From a virus (lineage: Duplodnaviria > Caudoviricetes): a stretch of DNA of 64,000 nucleotides. Within the stretch, counting starts at the first letter, position 1. The number at the start of each line of letters is the position of its first letter. The position numbers and the translations under genes are program-made. This document shows, in pieces, positions 1 to 8,569 of the stretch. The stretch is taken from positions 5,456 through 69,455 of IMG/VR virus record IMGVR_UViG_3300025715_000024; one strand, written 5' to 3'. Below the pieces are notes generated by a model, which ran no database searches, was not told where the DNA came from, and worked only from the letters and a program-made list of their open reading frames with translations.

Positions 1-2
1 TG

Positions 3-974
3 GCCGTTAAAGCCAACAAAAACCTTTTAATTTCAGGTGCTCCAGCTATCGGCAAGACGAAAATTGCCGAGCTGGTGGCCGATGAGATTTGCGCCGAACA
101 CGATGGAAGCTGGATGATTTGTCATCCGGTCACTGATGACCCAAGTGATTGGAAAGGCTTGGGTTTTCCTTCCGAAGATAGGAAGTCGGCGCATTTCCTG
201 CCTTATGGCAATCTGCTGGCCTTGATGAAGGCCGACAAGCTCCTGATTTGCATTCTGGATGACGTTGGCCAAGCATGCGATTCTGTACAGGCTGCCCTGA
301 TGCAGGTTATTGAAGAGCGGACAATAAACGGCCTGAAAATCAGCGACAACGTGCGATTCATCCTTTGCACGAACAGGAAAGGCGACAAGGCCGCGGTCAG
401 AGGCGTCATTGAACCCCTGAAATCTCGTTGTATTATCGTTGAGTTAGAAGTCAATGTTGATGATTGGTGTCAATGGGCAAACCAAAACAATATGCCGCCG
501 GAGCTTGTGGCATTCGCCAAATTACGTCCGACCTTATTGCATGACTTTAAACCGTCCACGGATATGAATAACAGCAGCTCGCCGCGCGGATTTGAAGCAA
601 TTGGCCGCATGATGATTAATGGATGCCCGAAAGATATTGAGTATGAAATTTTCAGGGGTTCGTGCGGTGACCAAGTGGCAACAGAGTTCTGCGGATTCCT
701 TAAGAATTACCGCGAGATGCCCGACCCCGAAGCCTATTTAAGGGAACCGGACAAACCACTGCCCACTGATGAATCGACGACGTATGCCTTGGCCGCAGCT
801 CTTGCGGCACGCGCTAACAAGCAGAATGTCCAGAAAATCTATGACTTAGCGATGAGGCTGGACGCTGAATTCTCAACCTTCATGATTTTTTCAATGGTTC
901 AAAGAGACAAGAAGATGGCGCAATGCGCAGGCATGGCCACGTGGTCTAAAAAATTCGCACCTTATTTAATGTAG
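3..974 (+). CDS. AAA+ ATPase (MoxR-like), 5' end outside window
   Basis: The frame is open from base 3 (AVKANKNLLISGAPAIGKT, Walker A). Walker B ILDD and NRKGDKA...PLKSR motifs follow. Sits upstream of a VWA partner gene. Confidence 0.85.
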   Translation, partial: AVKANKNLLISGAPAIGKTKIAELVADEICAEHDGSWMICHPVTDDPSDWKGLGFPSEDRKSAHFLPYGNLLALMKADKLLICILDDVGQACDSVQAALMQVIEERTINGLKISDNVRFILCTNRKGDKAAVRGVIEPLKSRCIIVELEVNVDDWCQWANQNNMPPELVAFAKLRPTLLHDFKPSTDMNNSSSPRGFEAIGRMMINGCPKDIEYEIFRGSCGDQVATEFCGFLKNYREMPDPEAYLREPDKPLPTDESTTYALAAALAARANKQNVQKIYDLAMRLDAEFSTFMIFSMVQRDKKMAQCAGMATWSKKFAPYLM

Positions 975-990
975 AAAAGGAGATAAAACA

Positions 991-2046
991 ATGACTTGCA
1001 TTCAAGACAAAGCAATGCTGGCGTCTCTGAACATTTCCCAGTGGACGGCCAGAAAAATGGACAAGGGCGCGTCACAAACGACCGCCGAAACCTATCACGC
1101 TGAAGCGTCTGAAATTTCCACTTACAAATCAACGATTCAGAAGAAACACCTTGATAAGATTCAGAAAATCGTTGGCAAGGCGCGGACAATGCATTATAAA
1201 TTTACGACGCCTTATACTTTCAGCAAGGGGCAGGCGATTTTGGCCACGGCGATGCTGCCGGATTACATGGCCGAAGGCTCTAAATTGATTAGAGAATTTG
1301 ATGCAGCCGTTTCGGACTTCATGGCCGTTTATGCCGATGTCCGCAATGAGGCCAAAGGCTCCCTTGGCGACTTATACAATGATTTTGATTATCCCAGTGA
1401 GCAGCAGCTGCGGCGCAAGTTCTCGATGTCTTATGACTTTGCACCCATCCCGAAAGGCTCACACCTGCAAATTTCTATCAGTGAGGATGAGCTGGTTGAA
1501 ATGCAAAAAGAAATTGAGGAAAAAGTGAAGGATTCCATGAGCATAGCTATGGATGAACTCTGGCAAAGAGTTTATACGGTGACGAACGCGCTAAAAGAGC
1601 GCATGACGCCACAGGCTGGGCAAGACAAAACCTTCCGCGATACATTAATCGGAAATATCGCGGAACTTGCTGATATTCTTCCCAAAATGAATATCACTGG
1701 AGACGCCCAGCTGGACGAAGTGGCCGCGGATTTGCGCCGCGACTTGGCCGGTTATGACCCTGCCGCTTTACGGATTGACAGGGGCATGCGGAAAGAGGCG
1801 GCAAAGCGCGCCGACGCTATTCTGGATAAGGTATCACACAGGGCGAAGGCTCCGGCGTCTATGGAATTGCCTGAAGCTGCACCAGTGGCCACACCGACCG
1901 CGACGCCCGAACCGAAGAAAATCGATGTGCAAGCCGCGCAGGTGAGCATTGAAGAGGTCATGGCCCCGAAGGCTCCGGCTAAGGCAGCGGAACCGGAAGA
2001 GGATGACGAAAACATTAAACGGCTGAAAGCTGCCGGTATTATTTAA
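991..2046 (+). CDS. DUF3150-like phage protein
   Basis: 351 aa, RBS AAGGAG. N-terminal LASLNISQWTARKMDK and FRDTLIGNI motif are typical of the protein found between phage AAA and VWA genes. Pro/Ala-rich tail. Confidence 0.6.
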   Translation: MTCIQDKAMLASLNISQWTARKMDKGASQTTAETYHAEASEISTYKSTIQKKHLDKIQKIVGKARTMHYKFTTPYTFSKGQAILATAMLPDYMAEGSKLIREFDAAVSDFMAVYADVRNEAKGSLGDLYNDFDYPSEQQLRRKFSMSYDFAPIPKGSHLQISISEDELVEMQKEIEEKVKDSMSIAMDELWQRVYTVTNALKERMTPQAGQDKTFRDTLIGNIAELADILPKMNITGDAQLDEVAADLRRDLAGYDPAALRIDRGMRKEAAKRADAILDKVSHRAKAPASMELPEAAPVATPTATPEPKKIDVQAAQVSIEEVMAPKAPAKAAEPEEDDENIKRLKAAGII

Positions 2047-2060
2047 GAAAGGAGCACAAA

Positions 2061-3362
2061 ATGGTATCCACACAAGGTTTGGAACGCATGAAACAAGCGC
2101 GCGCGCGGCTGGTGTTGAATCAACTGTTTTTCGGCAGCTCCAGCATGGGCTTGCGCCTTGTCGTTGACGAAAATTGCGCAACGGCTTACACCGATGGGCG
2201 AATCATAGGCTTTTCGCCTGCGTTTATTGATTCCCTTAAGGATATTGCGCACGTTGAATTTATTATATGCCATGAAACGCTACATTGTTTGATGATGCAT
2301 CCGCTCCGGTTACAGGGCAGAGACCATAAATTGGCCAACATCGCGATGGATTACGTTATTAATGGCATATGCAAACGCTCTGGGCTTTCAATGCCGGACG
2401 GTTGCCTTTATGACGATAAATTGAGCGCGGCCAATATGAGCTTTGAAATCGTTTACTCCATACTTTCCAAGGAAGAAAAAGCGAAACAGGGGCAGGGAGC
2501 TGGGCAAGGCTCCGGCAATGGCCAGAAAAATTTACCTGACGGCGCAGGCCAAGGCTCACAATCTAAGCCGGACGAAGACAGCCAAAACGGAAATGGACAG
2601 GGCACAGGCCAGCCTGACGAGAAAAACGGCCAAAACGGACAAGGCTCTGGAAAGCCGGAACCGTGGCAAATGGGCGAAGTCAGAGAGGCCAAAGGTGAAA
2701 ACGGCCACGAAATGAGCGAATCAGAGCGCACACAGCTCGAAAATGACTGGAAAATCACCGCGGCCAAAGCATTGAATCAGGCGCGCAACGCCGGAACAAT
2801 ACCGGCAGGCATGGAAAGACTCGTTAAAGACTTAACAATTAAAAAACGCGATTTAGAAGACGTGCTCCGCGACTTCATCGTACGCACGCTTGATGGTGAT
2901 TATACATGGAACCGCCCGAACAAACGCCACATAATCCGCGACATTTATTTACCATCGATTAAAGGCGAGTCAATTCCATTAATTGCAATGGTCATGGACA
3001 CCAGCGGCTCAATAGGCAGTGAGCAGATTTCTTATTTTCAGGCCAAAGTCAATTCAGTTTTGGCGGAATTTTCCACAACTGTTCACGTGATTTACTGCGA
3101 TTCGCGCGCTTATGATGGCGGAGAGTTTACAAGCAATGACCTGCCGTTAAGGCTTACACCCAAAGGCGGCGGCGGAACTAATTTTAAACCGCCTTTCCAG
3201 TTCATTGAAGAGCATGACATTGAACCCACGTGCATGATTTACTACACGGACGGCTATTGCAGCGACTTCCCGAAAGAACCTGATTACCCAGTGTTGTGGG
3301 CTATTTACGGCAATGAAAGAAGAGTTCCCTTTGGTGAGGTGGTCATGTTGACCCCTCAATAA
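2061..3362 (+). CDS. DUF2201-type metallopeptidase plus VWA domain protein
   Basis: HETLH (HExxH), G/Q/N-rich linker, MIDAS motifs MDTSGS, GGGGTNF and YTDG. Confidence 0.85.
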   Translation: MVSTQGLERMKQARARLVLNQLFFGSSSMGLRLVVDENCATAYTDGRIIGFSPAFIDSLKDIAHVEFIICHETLHCLMMHPLRLQGRDHKLANIAMDYVINGICKRSGLSMPDGCLYDDKLSAANMSFEIVYSILSKEEKAKQGQGAGQGSGNGQKNLPDGAGQGSQSKPDEDSQNGNGQGTGQPDEKNGQNGQGSGKPEPWQMGEVREAKGENGHEMSESERTQLENDWKITAAKALNQARNAGTIPAGMERLVKDLTIKKRDLEDVLRDFIVRTLDGDYTWNRPNKRHIIRDIYLPSIKGESIPLIAMVMDTSGSIGSEQISYFQAKVNSVLAEFSTTVHVIYCDSRAYDGGEFTSNDLPLRLTPKGGGGTNFKPPFQFIEEHDIEPTCMIYYTDGYCSDFPKEPDYPVLWAIYGNERRVPFGEVVMLTPQ

Positions 3363-3366
3363 GATG

Positions 3367-3647
3367 TTAGATGGATTACCAACCGTGTAACCGCATTTAG
3401 CTTGTTACGCGGATAGTCAACTAAGGGGGCAGTATGCGATTGAATATGTTTGAATTGAACTTGTGGAATGAGGGGGCATTTTGGCTAACATTGTTTGAGA
3501 TAGAATGGGCTGACCAGGATAGAAGTCTGCTTCATATTGAAAGAAACCAAGGGTGTTGGAAGTTCCAGCTTCTTTGGTTAAAAAATAAATGTTGGGTCAT
3601 CTAACAACTGCTTCAACCTGACACCTACGGTGCAGGTTAAGCAAATG
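3367..3647 (+). mobile_element. Integron-type gene cassette (single ORF plus attC)
   Basis: Starts at G|TTAGAT (3366-3372). Its exact reverse complement ATCTAAC (3599-3605) overlaps the ORF stop. Ends at G|TTAACA (3647-3653). Confidence 0.75.
3434..3604 (+). CDS. Cassette-borne 56-aa Trp-rich hypothetical protein
   Basis: Translated by hand: MRLNMFELNLWNEGAFWLTLFEIEWADQDRSLLHIERNQGCWKFQLLWLKNKCWVI. Purine-rich RBS AAGGGGG. The stop lies inside the attC inverse core. Confidence 0.6.
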   Translation: MRLNMFELNLWNEGAFWLTLFEIEWADQDRSLLHIERNQGCWKFQLLWLKNKCWVI

Positions 3648-3653
3648 TTAACA
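3599..3653 (+). other. attC-like recombination site
   Basis: ATCTAAC-aactg-CTTCAACCTG-A-CACC-tac-GGTG-CAGGTTAAG-caaat-GTTAACA. Imperfect palindrome with R and L boxes and two unpaired bases (C and A on the top strand, G and T on the bottom). Confidence 0.8.
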
Positions 3654-3723
3654 GGTGAGGCGGCATGATGGGAGATTGCCGTCTCTGGCAACCAAACTTA
3701 AAAAAAAGAAAGTGAGGCAAAAA

Positions 3724-4542
3724 ATGAGGAAACGATACGACAGAAATGGAACAATGATTGACCCGATGGCTTTACCTGAAGAAAAAACGGTTAAGGCAAT
3801 GACCAAAGGCGAAAAATGCTCGCCGGTCACTATTCATGACATTTTCGCTCATCGGACAGAGGCGCAATTAACCAGTAAAGTCATGGGCAAGGATGCAGGC
3901 TTTAAGAGCTGTTTTGACAAGCTCAAAAAGGACATAAAGATGATGAGGGAAAGCTATTACAGGGGAAAGGATATTCGGAACGGATGGGAATTAACCCTTG
4001 ATGAATTTATGGACTTAACCGCTTATTACAAGGCGTTTTTTAATGGGTGTACACGTGATTCAATGCGCCTCTTGCTTTTGCAGACTCGCCGCGACATCTG
4101 CAACATTGATACAGCTGACCCGAATCGCTATAAAAAACGCAAGTATAAAGGAACTGAGGGTGAACGGTATTCAGACGAAAAACAACCTATGTTTTTATGT
4201 GAGGCTAAAGACAGGCTGACTCCGCTTAAATCAACCCTGTATAGCAACTTTTTTGAGTATATCGCACGAAAGCGCCTTGGCGTTGTAGCGACTACAACCT
4301 ATTATTTTTATCTCAATGAAAGGCGCGCCTATGATGATAAGTTCATTGCACCTTTTATCACGGCTAAGGCCATCAAGTTCCAATATCAAAATAAGGATAT
4401 TGACTTGCATAATTGGATGAGCGTGACCAAGGAAAAGGGCAGGGAGATTAACACACCCAGTAAATTAATCGAACTGGCCGCGCAGGAAACCAACATCAAA
4501 TCCAATAAACCATTAAAGCCTTATACAAGGAGGAGGAGATAA
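3724..4542 (+). CDS. Hypothetical basic protein
   Basis: Long ORF (295 aa from 3655; start uncertain). No recognisable motif. Confidence 0.6.
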   Translation: MRKRYDRNGTMIDPMALPEEKTVKAMTKGEKCSPVTIHDIFAHRTEAQLTSKVMGKDAGFKSCFDKLKKDIKMMRESYYRGKDIRNGWELTLDEFMDLTAYYKAFFNGCTRDSMRLLLLQTRRDICNIDTADPNRYKKRKYKGTEGERYSDEKQPMFLCEAKDRLTPLKSTLYSNFFEYIARKRLGVVATTTYYFYLNERRAYDDKFIAPFITAKAIKFQYQNKDIDLHNWMSVTKEKGREINTPSKLIELAAQETNIKSNKPLKPYTRRRR

Positions 4543-4544
4543 TC

Positions 4545-4844
4545 ATGGCGCATTTTTACGCAGAGATTCAAGGAGCGCGCGGAGAGGCCACACGCTGCGG
4601 CGATAAACACAGCGGCATCAACGGCCACATAAGGGGTTGGGATATTGGCGCAAGTGTGCGGCTCCACTATGATGAAAAAACAGGTTTGGACACTTGCCGG
4701 ATATTTCTCACCAGTGGCAGTAATGGAAATCATGCAAGCGTATGCCTTGGAGAATTTACTTCTGAGGCATTTACCAAGCCGGTTGAAGTTCCACTGGTCA
4801 GACCATTGACTGTCTTGAAAAAGGCAGAGAAGGGGGTGGACTAA
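4545..4844 (+). CDS. Conserved phage hypothetical protein
   Basis: RBS AGGAGGAG. MAHFYAEIQGARGEATRCG...GWDIG resembles a common small early phage protein. Confidence 0.7.
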   Translation: MAHFYAEIQGARGEATRCGDKHSGINGHIRGWDIGASVRLHYDEKTGLDTCRIFLTSGSNGNHASVCLGEFTSEAFTKPVEVPLVRPLTVLKKAEKGVD

Positions 4845-4951
4845 TGGACTTCATAATCATTACAGCTGTTATCGCGTGGGCAATTATTAAGGCCGGTGAG
4901 CGCAAACGCCGGAAGACCGGCGGCAAGTATCGAAACAAATAAACCTTAAAA

Positions 4952-4985
4952 AAGGGGCAGGGTATCACCTTGCCCCTTTATTTTG
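4952..4985 (+). terminator. Rho-independent terminator
   Basis: AAGGGGCAGGGT-atc-ACCTTGCCCCTT followed by TATTTT, with an A-run upstream. Confidence 0.65.
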
Positions 4986-5077
4986 ATGGCCTTATAGGGC
5001 ATCCTGACGAGCCGTTTTTCCGTGAGAATGCCCTGTAAGTCTATTAAAACATTATAGAAAGAAAGGAGAACAAATCA

Positions 5078-5266
5078 GTGAGACGATTTAATTTTTACCG
5101 TGACAGGGAAAGCGAAGTGGAATGCCTTTGCGAAATGGAAGAGGCGGCCAACGGCCTTTATGTGACCTATGAAGACCACATGAAAGAGGTTGGGAAATTT
5201 CAGACCGCGATTGCATCGATGGAAAGGCGCATAAAAATCATTAAAAAAGAACTGGGGGTGATTTAA
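5078..5266 (+). CDS. Hypothetical protein
   Basis: RBS AAAGGAG, GTG start, 62 aa, coupled to the next ORF. Confidence 0.55.
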   Translation: MRRFNFYRDRESEVECLCEMEEAANGLYVTYEDHMKEVGKFQTAIASMERRIKIIKKELGVI

Positions 5267-5466
5267 TGGGAAAAGAAAACGTCATTATTTACCAACTTGT
5301 CGCATTTCAAGAGGCAAGAGAGAACCCTGATGGAACCTTTACAACGGCTGAGCTTATCGGCAACACGAACCAAGTAAAGGCCAAGAAGGTCACGATTGGT
5401 GACAAAGAATACCTCATCTTTAATGGAAAGGTCACGATTGGTGACAAAGAATACCTCACAGGTTAA
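5266..5466 (+). CDS. Hypothetical protein with duplicated KVTIGDKEYL
   Basis: 31-bp perfect direct repeat at 5386-5416 and 5428-5458. Confidence 0.5.
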   Translation: MGKENVIIYQLVAFQEARENPDGTFTTAELIGNTNQVKAKKVTIGDKEYLIFNGKVTIGDKEYLTG

Positions 5467-5584
5467 TTAATATGGAAACGAAGGGGGATTAATATGGAGA
5501 TTGTGGAAGAAGATGGTTAACCGATTCAGTTTTTGGTTGGCTAGGATTCAAGGTAGAAATTTTTCATAAAGAAGAGGAGTAAAT

Positions 5585-5917
5585 ATGAATTTAACAATTA
5601 CCCAAATAGAAGACATATGTATTTATATGAACTGGAAATTCAGCACACAAGATATGATTGTGTGGGAAATAGTGCAAGGAGTTAAAGGTGGAGCAGCAAT
5701 GTTAAGACATCCGCTCGACCTCAACGATGCCTCCCTGTGCGCGGAGAAGATGGTGGAGAATGGGGATTGGTTTGAATTTTTCAAGATGGTTGATGACTTT
5801 CTCGATATTGATTGTTGTGGTGTAACTGCGTGGCTTTTTAATAGCCAAGATTTCTTCACTGCAATGGCTAGTTGGTTAAGGGGGAAACAATACACACCGT
5901 CAATTAGAACACGATAA
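5585..5917 (+). CDS. Hypothetical protein (WLFN...AMASWLR C-terminal motif)
   Basis: RBS GAGGAG, 110 aa. Confidence 0.6.
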   Translation: MNLTITQIEDICIYMNWKFSTQDMIVWEIVQGVKGGAAMLRHPLDLNDASLCAEKMVENGDWFEFFKMVDDFLDIDCCGVTAWLFNSQDFFTAMASWLRGKQYTPSIRTR

Positions 5918-5927
5918 GGAGAAGTTT

Positions 5928-6206
5928 ATGGGAGAAATTAAAGTTGTAGGAATATTCTGTGAAAAGTGCGGGCAAGATTTTACAAAAGCTGTGGCACTTT
6001 TCGGAAAAGAAGTTATGGGTTGGCACATGGCTATCCATAAGAGAGATGAACTGGTTAAAGAAAACAGCGATTTGAAGGAACGTATTGGAGAACTTGAAGA
6101 AGAATTGGCAAACATCTTTACAGAAGGTTCTTTATTATGTCGATGGCTCTTCAACCCCGACAACTTTTTCTCTGCAATGGCTAGTTGGTTAAGGAGTAAA
6201 AAATGA
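5928..6206 (+). CDS. Hypothetical protein (CxxC, coiled coil, same WLFN...AMASWLR tail)
   Basis: RBS AAGGAG, 92 aa. Confidence 0.6.
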   Translation: MGEIKVVGIFCEKCGQDFTKAVALFGKEVMGWHMAIHKRDELVKENSDLKERIGELEEELANIFTEGSLLCRWLFNPDNFFSAMASWLRSKK

Positions 6207-6520
6207 GTGAAATAACTAAAGTCTGGTTTGAGCAAGCAAAGAAGCTTAAAGTCGACGAAGCAATCTTTGTTCGAGTTGCAGATAAGAAAGAACAAACAGC
6301 ACTAGCAAATGAGTTTGAAAAGGAGCGTGAACTTTACAGTGAACTTGATGCTATACACGCTAGTCAGATATTTATTAACAAGACTTTAAAAGATAGAAAA
6401 CAGTATGTAGTGCTGGAAAGAAAGTTCCGCACTCCATTCACAGCGTTCTTTAGAGATAGTCAAGGAAAGTTTTCTTCTATAACCATCGACCCAGAAAGAA
6501 AATGGAATCGCCACTGCTAA
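6203..6520 (+). CDS. Hypothetical protein
   Basis: RBS TAAGGAG, 4-bp ATGA overlap with the upstream gene, 105 aa. Confidence 0.6.
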   Translation: MSEITKVWFEQAKKLKVDEAIFVRVADKKEQTALANEFEKERELYSELDAIHASQIFINKTLKDRKQYVVLERKFRTPFTAFFRDSQGKFSSITIDPERKWNRHC

Positions 6521-6687
6521 ATCAATTTTAATTTGCATTCGTAAAGGACTTTATAAACCAGAAGAAGTTAATGACGCTATTAACTCTTGTATAAGGTCAC
6601 TAAACGAGCAAATGAATTACGTCATGGGAGATAATCCTGACAAAGTTTATGGGTATCCACAAACTTATAATAAAGAAGGAGGGGAAA

Positions 6688-6900
6688 ATGAAATCGATGT
6701 CAATGACGGTATTTATTAGAAATAACAGAGAAGAGATTGACAATGTCATCAATCAAGAATTGTTCCGTTATGATGGGAATGGTGGGCGTGGAACTATACC
6801 ATGTCCACCACCGAGGAGAAATGATGACGAAAGAAGAAGGTGGGTATTAAATAACGAAAGCCTGTATCTATGGGCAAGAAGTGAAGGGGTGAATGTGTGA
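6688..6900 (+). CDS. Conserved phage hypothetical protein
   Basis: RBS AAGGAGG. FIRNNREEID...NDDERRRWVLNNESLYLWARSEGV resembles a common small phage protein. Confidence 0.65.
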   Translation: MKSMSMTVFIRNNREEIDNVINQELFRYDGNGGRGTIPCPPPRRNDDERRRWVLNNESLYLWARSEGVNV

Positions 6901-6960
6901 ATACGATTATATTTGCCGTTTCTATATTGCTCATCTTTAATGGAGTGGTAAAATAAACTG

Positions 6961-7003
6961 GGCGCGCTTTCCTGGGGATGACCCAGGGGGCGCGCCTTTT
7001 TTT
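6961..7003 (+). terminator. Strong terminator between convergent early and replication units
   Basis: GGCGCGCTTTCCTGGG-gatga-CCCAGGGGGCGCGCC followed by T7. Confidence 0.75.
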
Positions 7004-7325
7004 GTTTTATGTTGTCCCCAGGGGACTAGAACCAAACACTCTCTACAACATCTTAACAGGACATTTTGTCCTTCCCACCCGTCCCGCGTTTCTTCAGGGG
7101 CACAACTCCATAACAACTTAATACACGACAAAGGCTTTAATTTTCTGGGGAGCGTCCAGCTTCATAAGTCGCAAAATTATTTCTTGTCATTAAAAAATTA
7201 ATACGCCGCCGAGAATAATTTGCGCTGGGAAATGCTGCCGACCCAAAGCCGACCGACCAAGGCGCCACCGGCGGCTCCGGCTCCGGCGGCAGCCGGTGGA
7301 TTGTCGCTAACTATGTAGTTGGGAG

Positions 7326-7838
7326 TCAACTACTTAGCTGGGAAAGGCTTTCCAGCTGGCTGGAAAGGTCTTCCTTGAGACGGAGAAGGTCATCAACTTC
7401 GGCAATGAACGGAATAAATGCAATCGAATAAAGCTCATCAAATCTTTTCAATCCAATCTTCCGAGTCAGCGCTTTGCGCACCGGCTCGACCAAACCCTGA
7501 CGATGGTTTCTAACGATATGGTCATAAAAGCACAACCAAACAAGGTTATCCGGAACCCATCTTAAACCGGAACAGGATTTTTTCCCAAAGAAATGGTGGG
7601 CGGCGGTGCCTGCCTTTCCACACACCGCACACTTGCCTTCCCAACGCAGCTTGGTTATCATCGAGCATATCGTATCAAGTTCTTTTACCAGCTTTTTTCG
7701 GGAAGGCTTCTTTGGTTTTTTGGTTTTCGGAATAGCCTTTTTCTCGGCCTTCTTTTTACCTCCAAAACTTCTGACACTTTTTGCATTTGTTCCACGACTC
7801 TTGGTCGGCTTCGGGATGGGTGCACTCATCGGTTCCAA
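7326..7838 (-). CDS. NinG/Rap-like HNH-family nuclease
   Basis: KKLVKELDTICS...CAVCG...AHHFF...DNLVWLCFYDH motif layout. Confidence 0.65.
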   Translation of the reverse strand: MEPMSAPIPKPTKSRGTNAKSVRSFGGKKKAEKKAIPKTKKPKKPSRKKLVKELDTICSMITKLRWEGKCAVCGKAGTAAHHFFGKKSCSGLRWVPDNLVWLCFYDHIVRNHRQGLVEPVRKALTRKIGLKRFDELYSIAFIPFIAEVDDLLRLKEDLSSQLESLSQLSS

Positions 7839-8256
7839 TTTCTCCCTTTAAGTTCTTAATGTTGTCCTTAAGCCCACGCGACGACTGATGGGCTGCCATA
7901 TGAAGCAAGTCTTCTTTTTCGGAAAGGGTAGTTTTATCAGTAACTAACGGAAGTAGGAGACATGCCCTTGTATAATCGATTTGAGCAAACTCCGGCCTCT
8001 CCAATAAGTCTCCCCATTTGTCGTAAACATCAATGAGTTGATATGCCAGCGACTTGCTATACCCCAACTCGTTCTCTACCCAATACACAAATGATATTGC
8101 ATGATTACCATCAGCAAGGTAGAGCCTCTTCTGTTTTATTATCATCAAGTGCTTGCCTGCCTCCAGAAATCCGCGTTTAGCTTCAGTCATGCCGGACAAG
8201 ATGCATTGCTTGTGTCGGAATAGCTCATCACCCAATAACATCTTCTCCTTAGTCAT
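7756..8256 (-). CDS. DUF3102-like helical DNA-binding protein with C-terminal CxxC
   Basis: FLEAGKHLMIIKQKRLY...FVYWVENELGYSKSLAYQLI pattern. Confidence 0.5.
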   Translation of the reverse strand: MTKEKMLLGDELFRHKQCILSGMTEAKRGFLEAGKHLMIIKQKRLYLADGNHAISFVYWVENELGYSKSLAYQLIDVYDKWGDLLERPEFAQIDYTRACLLLPLVTDKTTLSEKEDLLHMAAHQSSRGLKDNIKNLKGEIGTDECTHPEADQESWNKCKKCQKFWR

Positions 8257-8422
8257 TCTTTGCCTCCTTCACCAGTTCAGCTCTCATCCTCCGGCGGCCA
8301 GTCTTCCCCTTTTTCGGGCTAAGGTGAATATGCTTACCCTGGGTCTTCAGCTCGCCCCTCAACTCGTCCATGTACTTTTCCAAAATCCACCTGATAATCG
8401 CCATCACAATTCTCTTCTTCAT
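8249..8422 (-). CDS. Small basic hypothetical protein (57 aa)
   Basis: Translated by hand: MKKRIVMAIIRWILEKYMDELRGELK... RBS AAGGAG. Overlaps the next start. Confidence 0.5.
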   Translation of the reverse strand: MKKRIVMAIIRWILEKYMDELRGELKTQGKHIHLSPKKGKTGRRRMRAELVKEAKND

Positions 8423-8451
8423 CGAAATCTCCTTTGCTTGGTATTTTTAGA

Positions 8452-8569
8452 GTTCCTCAAACGTCCTCGAATGTTCCTCAAATTTCCTCAAATGACCTCA
8501 ACCGTCCTCTCGTTCCTCAAAGTTCCTCATGTTCCTCAAAGTTCCTCGACTTCCTCAAAGTTCCTCAAG
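8452..8569. repeat. Iteron-like tandem array, about 12 copies of GTTCCTCAAA-like units
   Basis: Intergenic 9-11 bp units directly downstream of the primase-helicase gene. Confidence 0.75.

Noticed and set aside
4992-5038. 18-bp imperfect inverted repeat as a mobile element end
   Set aside because: No matching partner or target duplication was seen. It is more simply a second hairpin after the terminator.
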